A stretch of DNA of 64,000 nucleotides, taken from NCBI GenBank assembly GCA_026914245.1, contig CP110440.1, forward strand, positions 496,001 to 560,000, written 5' to 3'. The notes under the pieces are model-generated. The model was not told the origin of the DNA. It saw only the letters and a program-made list of their open reading frames with translations, and did no database searches. A program made the position numbers and the translations under genes. Shown here in pieces: positions 51,257 through 62,044 of the stretch; positions within the stretch are counted from its first letter, which is position 1, and each line of letters begins with the position of its first letter. The stretch comes from Puccinia triticina. Taxonomy: Eukaryota.

Positions 51257-53770
51257 ATGTCTGCCCAAGGATCTCCCAACACCAATGTTGCTCCCAGTCT
51301 TTACCCTCCAGTGGATCCATCCAGTAATGCTACAGTTCAGGACTCCACCACTTCCAATGCTGGTCAGACTCAGGTTCCTCCTACTGGTCCAGGTTACCAA
51401 CCTTCTTCTACTGGTCCAGGTCCACAGGCTTCTTCCAATGCTCCAGATCCTCAGGTTTCTTCTACTCCACAAGTCAACTCCAGTTCTTACAGACCTCCAT
51501 TTGGACCTCAGACTTCTGGTATCCCTAGATACACAGGATATAGAGATACCAATCAGCCTTCAGAAGATTCAGAAGATTTAGAGGCACCTCCACCCCGTTT
51601 TCCCAGGTTCCAGAGCCAAAGGGACGACTCAACACACTCCACCAGGTCTAACACTCACTTTTTAAATAAGGAACCAGCTATGCCTAGGTATCAGGATCCT
51701 GTCAGCAGAGGAGTAAAGATCAAACCCATGGACAAGGAGCTCTTCTTTGATGGAACCAACATGCCTGTGGAGAAATTCATTAGAAGGTATGAAAGTGCTG
51801 GAAGAGATGATGGTGCTAACTCTAAGGAACTGGCTGGACAAATCATTGCTTTTATCAAAGGGTTGGACCTTAAGGATGAAGTGGAAGACATGTCAGGCCA
51901 TGAAAACTTGGATTGGGAAACCCTGAAGAAACAGTTACTCACCAGATTTGGAACCTCTCAGCCATTGGTCAGATATACCAGGGAGGATCTCAGGAAACTA
52001 GTCTACAAATCAGCTCAGGATGGAGGAATCAGAACCTTGGAAACCTTCAACACATTCAGAAACAAGTTTGAAACCATCACTCACTACTTGGTAAGAATGG
52101 GGTACAGTACCAGCCTGGAGGAATTCAGACACCTTCTTTTGGAAACTCTTCACAAGGATCTGGATCAAAGGGTTACTAGGAGCTTGATGAAGGACAATCA
52201 AATGCTAGCCTCAAAGGATGGAGGTGATATCTTGCCAGACACTGAAACTCTTCTTACCTACATTCACCAGGAAGTTTACTCAAGATCAGTGGTCAACAGA
52301 AGGACTGAATGGAGGGCAGAAGAGAAATTCACTTTGGACAACTCACCTAGGACCTCCAAACCCACACCTGCTACTCAGGGAGCTGCCCCTACTGCTTCTA
52401 CTTCTCTGGACAAACAAGTGGAACTCCTTACCAAACAACTTGCATCTCTCACTGCTGGCAAAGGGCTACCTCCCCACATGGACAAACCTGCTAGGACCTG
52501 GCCATTCAAATGCTATTATTGTCATCAGGAAACCCATGGAACCAAAAGCTGCTCTCAACTTGCCCAGGACATGTCTAGTGGTGCTGTTATCAAGGATGGA
52601 AGAGATTACAGACTTCCAGACAAATCAGTTATTCCCTGGATTCCAAGCAGACCAATCAGAACCCCAGTGGAAGAGTACTCTAAAACTAAGCTCACATCTT
52701 CTTTTGGCCAACTAGAGGAGGACCCAGTCTATTATCAAACCCATAGTTATGAAGCAGACCTTGGAAAGAGGACTAGAAACAACTCTAAGGATCAGGATGA
52801 AGAGGAATCAGCCAAGGCAGACAAAAGGATCAGGAAGGAGAAACAGGACCTAATGGACATGGATACAGAGGACTTACTTCACATGACACAGCCCCCTACT
52901 CCTAGTGCTTCCAAATCCCCTACTTCAAAAGGCTCCCCTCAGGTCAGATTCCAGGATAAGGACAAGGATTCAACCACTGCACCTAAGGACAAACCAGTTA
53001 AGAAAACCTATTTGGAAAAGACTTTGGCCAAGGAGTACCCAGGAATTGAAGAGGAAGTGGCTAGTAGGATGTTGACTGCAGGAAAGATGGAGTTGGCCTT
53101 TGGAGAAATCTTTGCTATATCACCAGGAGTTACTGACTGTATTAGGAAGAAGATAACCAACAGAAGGGTCCCATTGGATGGTGTCAAATCAGCAAACTTC
53201 ACAGACATGGAGGATGGAGAAGAACCAGCACAGGAGCAACCCACTACTCACTACTCCTGCCCCCTTGGATACATCACCATCACTATTGGAGGAGAGAAAC
53301 ATCAAGCACTCTTGGATACTGGCTCTATGGTCAACATTATTCCTGAAACTCTTGCACATAAACTTGGATTAGTACTCACTGCTAAATCTATGAAGCTCAA
53401 AGGAATTGGAGGTCACCTTACTGATATACCTGGAATTGCTGAAGATGTGGAGGTAACCATTGGGAAAGTAGTCAGGACAGTTCATTTCTGGGTAGCCAAA
53501 GGACCAGTTCAGATGATTTTTGGAAAGCCTTTCTTGATGGATGTCTCAGCTAACATCAACTACAATGGAGCCAGAGGAGAAGCACTTTCAATCATGGATT
53601 CAGCTGGTCAGACTTTTTTGGTTCCAATCATACTCCCCAGTAATCAGAAGTGGGAAACCAGCATACCTTCCAATTCTGGACTGTTAAATTTTTTAGATGG
53701 AGACCAGGTTTTCAGTTCCCTTCCCTTACAACTGCAACCCTGGAAAACAACCAAAAGCAACAAACTGTAG
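51257..53770 (+). CDS. gag: Gag-protease polyprotein (837 aa)
   Basis: CYYCHQETHGTKSC knuckle; ALLDTGSMVN aspartic protease. Confidence 0.93.
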   Translation: MSAQGSPNTNVAPSLYPPVDPSSNATVQDSTTSNAGQTQVPPTGPGYQPSSTGPGPQASSNAPDPQVSSTPQVNSSSYRPPFGPQTSGIPRYTGYRDTNQPSEDSEDLEAPPPRFPRFQSQRDDSTHSTRSNTHFLNKEPAMPRYQDPVSRGVKIKPMDKELFFDGTNMPVEKFIRRYESAGRDDGANSKELAGQIIAFIKGLDLKDEVEDMSGHENLDWETLKKQLLTRFGTSQPLVRYTREDLRKLVYKSAQDGGIRTLETFNTFRNKFETITHYLVRMGYSTSLEEFRHLLLETLHKDLDQRVTRSLMKDNQMLASKDGGDILPDTETLLTYIHQEVYSRSVVNRRTEWRAEEKFTLDNSPRTSKPTPATQGAAPTASTSLDKQVELLTKQLASLTAGKGLPPHMDKPARTWPFKCYYCHQETHGTKSCSQLAQDMSSGAVIKDGRDYRLPDKSVIPWIPSRPIRTPVEEYSKTKLTSSFGQLEEDPVYYQTHSYEADLGKRTRNNSKDQDEEESAKADKRIRKEKQDLMDMDTEDLLHMTQPPTPSASKSPTSKGSPQVRFQDKDKDSTTAPKDKPVKKTYLEKTLAKEYPGIEEEVASRMLTAGKMELAFGEIFAISPGVTDCIRKKITNRRVPLDGVKSANFTDMEDGEEPAQEQPTTHYSCPLGYITITIGGEKHQALLDTGSMVNIIPETLAHKLGLVLTAKSMKLKGIGGHLTDIPGIAEDVEVTIGKVVRTVHFWVAKGPVQMIFGKPFLMDVSANINYNGARGEALSIMDSAGQTFLVPIILPSNQKWETSIPSNSGLLNFLDGDQVFSSLPLQLQPWKTTKSNKL

Positions 53771-53830
53771 ACACTCATTCAGCAAAATATAAATCAACTC
53801 TAAAAAAAAATAAAACCAGTAAACCAACCA

Positions 53831-56821
53831 ATGCCATTATCTCTCAATCCCCCATTATCAAGGCCACCACTCTCCAGAGATCCTTACCTCACTCCTTTGA
53901 GCCCATTTCCTCCAACATTCACTCCTACCTCTAAGATTACTCAAGAAAGGCTGGACCTCATCAACTTTGGACCTCCTGGATGGCTCTCTCCTCAAGAATA
54001 TCTCCTGCTGGTATGGGTAATTGTGATTAGACAAGGAGCTTTGGCTTTTGTGGAAACAGAAAGAGGCCTTCTTAAACACACCTATGGACAGCCTTATATT
54101 ATTCCAGTCATTCCCCATGAACCTTGGCAACAGAAACCAATTCCAATTCCTGCACCCATCAAGGACCAGGTTATAGAATTGGTAAGGGAAAGACTCAGCA
54201 CTGGCCTCTATGAACAATCCTTTTCCAGTTATTCCAGCCCTATATTTTGTGTAAAGAAGCAGGATGGTAAGCTTAGAATTGTACATGACCTTCAGAAACT
54301 CAACAAAGTCACCATTAAGGACGCTGGACTACCACCAAAGACAGAGGAACTCATTGAATCATTCACTGGAAGGGCTTGCTATGGACTAGGTGATATTATG
54401 GGAGGATATGATGAAAGAGAATTAGCTCCAGAATCCAGACCTTTGACCACCTTTGAAACACCCCTTGGAAGATTTCAACTTACCAGATTACCCCAAGGAG
54501 CCACCAATTCAGTTGCAGTTTACCAGGCCCAAATGATGTGGATACTCCAGGATGAACTACCTCAACATATGGGAATCTTTGTGGATGATGGAGGTATAAA
54601 AGGACCAACCTCTGACTACAATGAAGAAACTCTAAAGGACAACCCCCAGATTAGAAGATTTATCTATGAATATGCCATTACTCTGGAAAGGATTCTTTTC
54701 AGGATTGAAGAAGCTGGACTCACCATCTCTGGGAAGAAATTTGCTTGCTGTGTACCTGCTCTGGATCTGGTTGGCCATGTGGTTTGTAAGGAAGGCAGAA
54801 GGATATCCATCAAGAAGCTCAACAAAATTGAAACCTGGCCAATTCCCACCACTCCTTCAGATGTCAGAGGATTCCTAGGTATCTGTGTATATGTTAGAAT
54901 GTTCATTAAAAATTACTCAACCCTCACTGCTCCACTCAGAAGACTCACCAGGAAGGACTCCTCTTGGGATTGGACTGAAGATTGCCAGGATGCCTTTGAG
55001 GACCTTAAAAGGATTGTTGGAACTGATATCACCCTAAAGAAATTGGACTATGGACCTGATGCTGGCTTAATCAAACTCTCAGTGGACTCCAGTGTTATTG
55101 CTGCAGGTGCTGTTCTTACTCAACAGGATTCTGACGGATTGGATAGGCCTGTGTTATATGAGTCAGTAGTCTTTTCACCCAGGGAATCAAAGTACTCACA
55201 ATCCAAATTAGAACTCTGTGGTGTTGCCAAGATCCTCAAGAAACTTCAAACCAAACTGTGGGGCCAACATTTTCAACTCAGAGTGGATGCCCAGTGCCTT
55301 ATTGGAATGATCAACAACCCTTCACTTCCCAATGCCCCTATGAACAGATGGATTGGATTTATTCAGTTATTCTCCTATGACCTTGTTCACACTCCTGGAA
55401 AAACTTTCACCTTACCTGATGGACTTTCAAGAAGACCCCCTAATTCTGATGAAGATGATTGTCCTAGCTTTGATGAAGATGAAACCTGGATCAAACCTCA
55501 CCCTGGATTTGGAACTAAACATTCTTCTTTTGGCCTGCTTCTGGGGACATCAGCTAAGTTGGGGGAGGGGGTAAGTAACTTGCAGCAAGGAATTTGGAAG
55601 CACCTCCAGGAATACCTTTCAACCATGAACAGACCTCCAGGATGCAGCAGCCTGGAATTCAAGCAAATTTTGCATAAATCAGCCAACTTCTTCCTTTCCA
55701 ATGGAGTCTTGCACAGGATCAACAAACCATTCTCCCAGATAGTAGTCACCTCTCCTTCAGCTCAGAAATCCATCCTCAATTCCCTTCATGAATCCTTAGG
55801 CCACAGAGGTATTGCTGAAACCTACAGAAGGATTAAACTCAGATTTTGGTGGCCAGGTCTCAAGAGAGGTGTTACCAAGTGGGTCCAGTCTTGTGAAACT
55901 TGCCAGAAGAGGAGTTCAAAATTGCCAATGGAACCCAAGAAACCTACAGGAGCAGCAACCATCTTTGGAAGAGTCAGTTTGGATACAGTTCACATCAAAG
56001 CTGGCAAATGGAAGTACCTGGTAATTGCAAGAGATGACCTTTCTGGATGGGTAGAGGCAGTTGGACTAGAAAAGATTCAGGCAAAGAAAATCTCTCAGTG
56101 GTTCTTGGAAAACTGGATCTACAGATATGGAGCCCCTTGGTCAGTCACAGTGGATGGAGGCTCTGAATTTGGACAACAATTTCAAAAATCCCTTCTGGAA
56201 TCTGGAATCAAAATCAAAGTCACCACTCCTTATTATCCTGAAGCAAATGGTATGGTAGAAAGAGGACATCAGGCAATTAAGGATACCTTGGTCAAGCTCT
56301 GTGGAAAGGAAGGCAAGAAATGGAGGAATTATTTACCTTTGGTTTTATTTGCAGACAGAATTTCCACCAAAAGATCAACTGGATACTCACCTTATGAACT
56401 AGTTCTTGGACAGCCCCCCATCTTACCCATTGACTTAGAATTGGAAACCTTCTTTGGAGTGGATTGGTCAAAGGTAGAATCAGCTCAGGATCTTTTATTG
56501 GCTAGGACTCAGCAGCTTGAAAACAGGGATACCATCTTGCAGCAAGCACACCAGCAGCTTATGGATTCCAGGAAGAACTCTGTGGACTATTGGAACAGAA
56601 AGAAAACATCAAGGCAGCCACTAAAGAAAGGTCAATTAGTAGTAGTGTATAATAAATCTTTGGACTCTCAGTTTGGCAAGCTCTTTGAAAATAAATGGAA
56701 TGGCCCTTACAGAATCAAGGCTCAAAACCCAGGAGGATCTTATATCTTGGAAGAATTAGATGGCACAGAACTGGCCAGAAGGTTTGCTGCAACTCATGTC
56801 AAGGAATACCACTCCAGGTAA
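53831..56821 (+). CDS. pol: Pol (RT-RNase H-integrase); true N-terminus probably reached by -1 frameshift near 53690
   Basis: LRIVHDLQKLN, LPQGATNS, FVDD, VDSS..GAVL, HESLGH..CETC, VDGGSEF, NGMVERGH, WNGPY. Confidence 0.95.
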   Translation: MPLSLNPPLSRPPLSRDPYLTPLSPFPPTFTPTSKITQERLDLINFGPPGWLSPQEYLLLVWVIVIRQGALAFVETERGLLKHTYGQPYIIPVIPHEPWQQKPIPIPAPIKDQVIELVRERLSTGLYEQSFSSYSSPIFCVKKQDGKLRIVHDLQKLNKVTIKDAGLPPKTEELIESFTGRACYGLGDIMGGYDERELAPESRPLTTFETPLGRFQLTRLPQGATNSVAVYQAQMMWILQDELPQHMGIFVDDGGIKGPTSDYNEETLKDNPQIRRFIYEYAITLERILFRIEEAGLTISGKKFACCVPALDLVGHVVCKEGRRISIKKLNKIETWPIPTTPSDVRGFLGICVYVRMFIKNYSTLTAPLRRLTRKDSSWDWTEDCQDAFEDLKRIVGTDITLKKLDYGPDAGLIKLSVDSSVIAAGAVLTQQDSDGLDRPVLYESVVFSPRESKYSQSKLELCGVAKILKKLQTKLWGQHFQLRVDAQCLIGMINNPSLPNAPMNRWIGFIQLFSYDLVHTPGKTFTLPDGLSRRPPNSDEDDCPSFDEDETWIKPHPGFGTKHSSFGLLLGTSAKLGEGVSNLQQGIWKHLQEYLSTMNRPPGCSSLEFKQILHKSANFFLSNGVLHRINKPFSQIVVTSPSAQKSILNSLHESLGHRGIAETYRRIKLRFWWPGLKRGVTKWVQSCETCQKRSSKLPMEPKKPTGAATIFGRVSLDTVHIKAGKWKYLVIARDDLSGWVEAVGLEKIQAKKISQWFLENWIYRYGAPWSVTVDGGSEFGQQFQKSLLESGIKIKVTTPYYPEANGMVERGHQAIKDTLVKLCGKEGKKWRNYLPLVLFADRISTKRSTGYSPYELVLGQPPILPIDLELETFFGVDWSKVESAQDLLLARTQQLENRDTILQQAHQQLMDSRKNSVDYWNRKKTSRQPLKKGQLVVVYNKSLDSQFGKLFENKWNGPYRIKAQNPGGSYILEELDGTELARRFAATHVKEYHSR

Positions 56822-57001
56822 AAACAATAAATAAGGAATAATCAATTCATTTCTCTTCTCTTTTCTCTTTCTCATCTTCTTACACAATAACATAAAAACA
56901 AAATAAAATAAAATCTATAAACAAATCAGAAATAAATCAATAAAAATCAGTTTCAAACACTCTCAAATAAAATAACTAAATATAAAAATCAAAAAGCTCA
57001 C

Positions 57002-57758
57002 CTCTTCTTCTTTTATCACTACATCACCTTCTTCCATTTCACTTTCCTCCCTCTCCTTCTCCTTCTCTTTTCCCTTCTCCTTATCTAAAAATAAAAATCA
57101 AAAGACAAACAAAGAAAATTTAAGCATAACCTTAGTAGAATAAAAAAAAAAAAATAGAACTTACCCTCAGCTCTTATCCTCTCCATTTCTGCTTCTACCC
57201 TCCAACCATCTTCCTCCTCTTCCACTTGGTCCCTCACCCTTAATAACTCCAGGGCATTCCTTTCTTCAGTTTCCGCTATCATGGCATCTATGATTGAATG
57301 GGTATCCATCTATAGAAACAGAAAAAAAAAAATATCAGTATTATAATCAATCTTCTTTCTTTTCAAATTCTTATTCATATACATACAGAATCCATTCGAC
57401 ATACATGTGTAAAAGCGTCGTGGAACCGGCTATACAATTTAAGGCGTGCGTTTCGTGCGGCAACCGGGTCGTCGAGGTCCTCACGAGCGAAGGCGAGGAG
57501 TCCTTGTTGGATATAGTGGCGCAAGGCATCGACTTCTTCGGGCTTAAAAGAGTCTCTCATACCGGCGTTGTACGCGTGAACGTTGTCGACGAACGAGTGC
57601 GCTCTGCGAATGGAGAATGGGATTTCGTAGGAAGGCCTAATAGCGGCCTCTTTGTCAAGTTGAGATGAAGTTATGGATGTGTTTGACGAATAATCTAATG
57701 AGTTATCAAGGTTCTCTTTTGGTGACGAGGGCGTGGAAGTAGCGCTGGAGGAAAACAT
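57002..57758 (-). CDS. Antisense spliced accessory gene inside the gypsy element (>=194 aa; 3' end unresolved)
   Basis: Exons 57758-57405, 57309-57165, 57084-57002 join in frame through GTATGT..TAG (95 nt) and GTAAGT..TAG (80 nt) introns with poly-T tracts. A third donor GTGAGC follows at 57001. Confidence 0.75.
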
Positions 57759-58790
57759 TACGGATAACAAACGGCGATAACGAGAACTTTTCCGTTGACC
57801 AATGACCTAGGCCTTATAGAAAATTATTCCTTACTCACTTCATGACGTCACTATGGACTCATTCACCTTTCAGAATTGGTTGGCGCGGTTATTCTTTCAT
57901 TTCGTTAATATTGACTCTGGTGTTCGACCCAGTTTAATTAATTCTTGGAACGCTTTCACGTCATTCTTTCCGCCTGCAACCTTTTTCAATCGATTGGCCA
58001 GCGTCAGGAGTCTAATTGGATAGCTCTCTGGCGCTACCTTAAAGTTATTTCATTATGTATTCATCTTCTTTCAACTCTTATACGATGAAAACCGCGGAAA
58101 ATTATAATGATGCTTTGAACAGCTCCAACAACCATTCGGCCGGCCACAAAATTGACATTCCCGGTTTCAGGTTTGATCTTTCCGATCTTGCCTTTCATCT
58201 GAACTCGGTTCTAGACGATTCTATCGAGCTGTTTAGAAGATATAACCCTTCAAAGTTTCCCAAGGATTTACGCGGCCCCGCGGGTGCCATTCATTAAACG
58301 TTTACGGCGACCTATCGGCCGAAAGGAATCTCAATATTGATCTATTCTAGTTTCATCTCCTCGACCCTGCCTTTCAAACAAGACCGTAATTAGAGAATTT
58401 CATCGCCGGTTTTTGGAGTTATATGCGAAGGAAGATGGTCTCTTAAACTGCACGGCATTCCTACTACGCGCGCCCGCGGATTTCACTTGGATCTTTAACC
58501 GGCCCTACACAATCGATACTCAACCCTTAAAAATAACCAGTATATACCATTTTAATCTGCAGAATCGGCTCTTTCGAATGAACTCGGTCTCGAAGATTTT
58601 CATCAAGCCGTTCCGAAGATACAGGTCGACCGTTTCCTTCTTTTTTTCCGACGTTCCGCACGCGCGCCTCCCGCATGGAGCCCCCGCTCAGACAACAGGA
58701 CCCCTCTTTCGACAGCACATGCGTATGGACACATGTTCCATTCCCCAACTAGACAAAATTAAGGCATCATCATCTTCACCCTGTATTCGA
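57395..58790 (-). promoter_or_regulatory. CpG-rich island; putative promoter/first exon of the antisense gene
   Basis: Dense CG dinucleotides with sharp boundaries in an element otherwise nearly devoid of CG. Confidence 0.6.
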
Positions 58791-59126
58791 GGAATTATTC
58801 AACCATCAATCCAATCACTCATTCATTCACCATTATAATCAATTTCTTCCAACACATTGCAGCTCAGAAACCACCTCAATATTGGAATTTCTTCATCATC
58901 TTCACCCTGTATTCAAGGAATTATTCAACCATCAATCCAATCACTCATTCATTCACCATTATAATCAATTTCTTCCAACACATTGCAGCTCAGAAACCAC
59001 CTCAATATTGGAATTTCTTCATCATCTTCACCCTGTATTCAAGGAATTATTCAACCATCAATCCAATCACTCATTCATTCACCATTATAATCAATTTCTT
59101 CCAACACATTGCAGCTCAGAAACCAC
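58768..59126. repeat. 126-bp tandem repeat, ~2.9 copies
   Basis: catcatcttcaccctgtattc... starts at 58768, 58894 and 59020. Confidence 0.95.
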
Positions 59127-59439
59127 CCAATTGGATCAGTAACATTCTCTGGACAGCTTATCAACCTCCCTGGACTTCAAATTCTCTTCACAGAACTCTA
59201 CATTATATACTCAGATACTCAGAAATTCAGCCATTAAACCTCAAATCATTCACAACCTTCAGAAACTACAATTATCAACCCCATCAATCATCATCATCAT
59301 TGCATTGCTTTACCTTAGCCTCAGTTAGGCAGGAAAAATTATTGTATTCTTCAGAGTGGAAATTAGTCTAATATGTGTCTGTCTCAAGGATATTGCCTTC
59401 AGCAGAGTTAGATCTTCTTATACATTCAACCCTCATTGA

Positions 59440-59720
59440 TAATTGGACCTTCTTTTGGATACTGGACTCTTTGGATTGGATACTGGACTATGGATACTCT
59501 GGATACATAGGACTATAGGACTTTGGATTGGACTTGGATACCTTGGACTCAGATATACTGGACTTGGCTTATACTTGGATTCTATTGGCTTTGGACACTG
59601 GACTCTGCATTTGGACTGCTACTCAGGACTTTGGATTTCACCTTTTGGAGGAAGAACACTGGACTTTGGACTTTGGACTCTTGGACTCAACATTCTTCAA
59701 CTCTTTCTGGATCACTCTTC
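59440..59720. repeat. TTGGAC(T)/CTGGA short-motif array upstream of the PPT
   Basis: Many imperfect copies are visible. Confidence 0.8.
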
Positions 59721-60713
59721 TCTTTGGTGCATTGCCTGGGGACAGACAATAAGTTGGAGGAGGATGTGGTGCTCCATTCCAAACCATAAGTAGTATTTTA
59801 TTGCTTTTCTTTACATATATTCATCATTACATTGCCCATTTCCCCATAACCCTTCACAAATACTTCATTATTATTGCATATTCAGATTCTACGCCAAATT
59901 TTACCTATAGTCACTCATACATAGTACCCCCTTATCTTCAATGGTTCAGTAGTTATAAAGGATATAAGACTTACAGACAACCTACATTCTTCATTAGTTA
60001 CAATACTCATTTCATTAGTAACCTACTTGAATCATTACAGTAAATTCCTTTTACATATTTATTCTCACATACTAAACTCTTTACATACATTTCTTATTAT
60101 GTACACCTTACATCATTGGATCTGTGCTTACCTCTTTCAGTAGTGCTCATCATTACAAGTAGTTACTATGTTCTCATCACTCTTCCCCATTAGTACATTC
60201 TTTTATTCCCATAACCAGCATTCCCCTTTCAGCATTGCTCATCATTACATACTGTTACTATGTTCACATCACTCTTCCTCATTTGTACAACCTTCATTCT
60301 CATAGCCAGAACTCCTCATTGTCTGTGCTCATCCTTCCTTCATATAAGAACTGTCTTTCCCCTCTCACTTGTACCTCATGCAGAATTTATAGATAATTTT
60401 AGATACAGAAATTATAAGTGCCCATTCTCATCAACCCATTGCCATTGAACCATTGCACATTGCTCCCCCCCCCTTTCAACCATTGCTCCAACTCTCTTAC
60501 CCTCAGTAGTCAGTAGTTAAGCTCATAGTACTAGCTCCTAAGATCAAGCAGAAATCAGCCACACCTTTTCTTCTTTTTCTTAGTGTTACTCTCATCCCCT
60601 CAGCATTAGTCAGGAAGGAAGCCTCATCAGCACCCTTGCATAGCTTACATTAGTACTAGTGTTGCTATCCATTTCCCTTCCAAGCTCTATTCTCCCCTTT
60701 GAGTAGTTCCACA

Positions 60714-62044
60714 TTGTCCTGAGTTGGCCGGGCTATTACCAGTATGAACTATTGGCTGGTAGAATTGTTGAAAGCCATAACCGGGAACCGGCGGGGCTAG
60801 GATTGGGTAGTATGCCTGGTACTGAGGCAATTGCAGACGGTTCTGAGACGGATGATTGGCTGCCACAGGCTTCGAAGCTGTTTCCAGAGGGACAGGACAG
60901 TTACTAATCAGATGACTTCCGGAACCGCAGCGAAAGCAGTTTTGGACTTGAGAGGGCGAATTCTTGAACTTCGCAGGACAAGTGGCCATTGTGTAGACAT
61001 TGTCCGGGTGACTCTCTATGGATATGGAATTGTTGCAAAACCCCGTCGGATTCGATTCAGCCTCAAAAGTCGAAGGGGGTACCAATCCTCAATGAGCTGC
61101 TTCCCAACCACAAACTTTTTCCTGACAGTTGTTCAATAGATCAATCATTTCCACAAAAAGCAGCGGGATTTGACGGCGTGCGGCTAGCTCTTGATCGACT
61201 CTGTAGTCGAATTCCTGCCGTAAAGGTGAGCCCTGGGCAATGGAGTCTTGAAGCATCATGCCGAAAATGGAATCCTGAGTTAAAGAGGCACCTGACTCCT
61301 TGAGGTCCAGTAATTGTCAACGGTAATTTGCTGCAACGGTTGTGGCTGGAATCCCTTGATCACACTTGATAGATCTCAATGCAGCCCATCTGTTGATTTG
61401 AGCCGCATGGCTGAAAGTTGTAAAGTGTTGACGAATAGAGATCATTATGGTGTAACAGGAATCCGCATGGTTGATATCTTCCTTGATCTCGTCAGATAAG
61501 GCAATCCGAAAAATGACACGCGCCAAGTGATCAACCGGATGACAAGAGAAATCCTCGTAGTAGTAGTTGCAGTAGTCAAGCGCGAAATCGGCAAGCTCTT
61601 CCATTTTGGTAAGCCAGGTACAAAAATTTGTGCCGGACGGTAAGAGCTTCTTTGCGTCCGGAAACAGATGGTATGCGTGTTTGATGATGTGATCCTTGTT
61701 CTTTGGGTTGCATGCATACACAAAATCCGGTTGGGGAGGGAGAGCCTCATCCTCTGGTAGGTTGATACGAGGACCTGGTTGACGGGGTTCGTCCCAAGGG
61801 GCCCTAACGGTATCGATATCATCATCTGAGGAATTTTCGAACGCGACTCGTTTGCCGGCTGCATTGCTGCTGGAAGCCGCCGCTGCTGCGTTGGAGGATC
61901 AAGTGGCAATGGAACTTGGGGATTGGTTAACAGGAGCCATAATGCTGGAAAAAAATTGTTGAATATAGGAGGGAGAAAAAACTTTTGGGATAAAAACTGG
62001 GTAACACTAAGACAGAATAAACACGACACACAGAATATCCACAC
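60714..62044 (-). pseudogene. gag: Copia gag 5' part (frameshifts/stops)
   Basis: CFRCGSGSHLISNC knuckle; lies between the PBS and the gypsy insertion. Confidence 0.8.

Larger units (their letters stand above)
50080..60713 (+). mobile_element. Young Ty3/gypsy element (no chromodomain) nested in copia gag
   Basis: LTRs 50080-51030 and 59765-60713 differ by about 2 substitutions plus C-run length; 4-bp TSD TTGT; PBS TGGTGTCCC; PPT AAGTTGGAGGAGGA. Removing it restores copia ..NSGQ|PADN. Confidence 0.97.

Noticed and set aside
58055..58838. Plus-strand ORFs as an env-like gene
   Set aside because: Short, with no signal peptide or transmembrane pattern; the minus-strand spliced model is better supported.
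58768..59126. Possible CRISPR-like array or 42-aa repeat protein
   Set aside because: Units are contiguous and near identical with no unique spacers, in a eukaryotic TE context. The ORF is a by-product of the 126-bp period.
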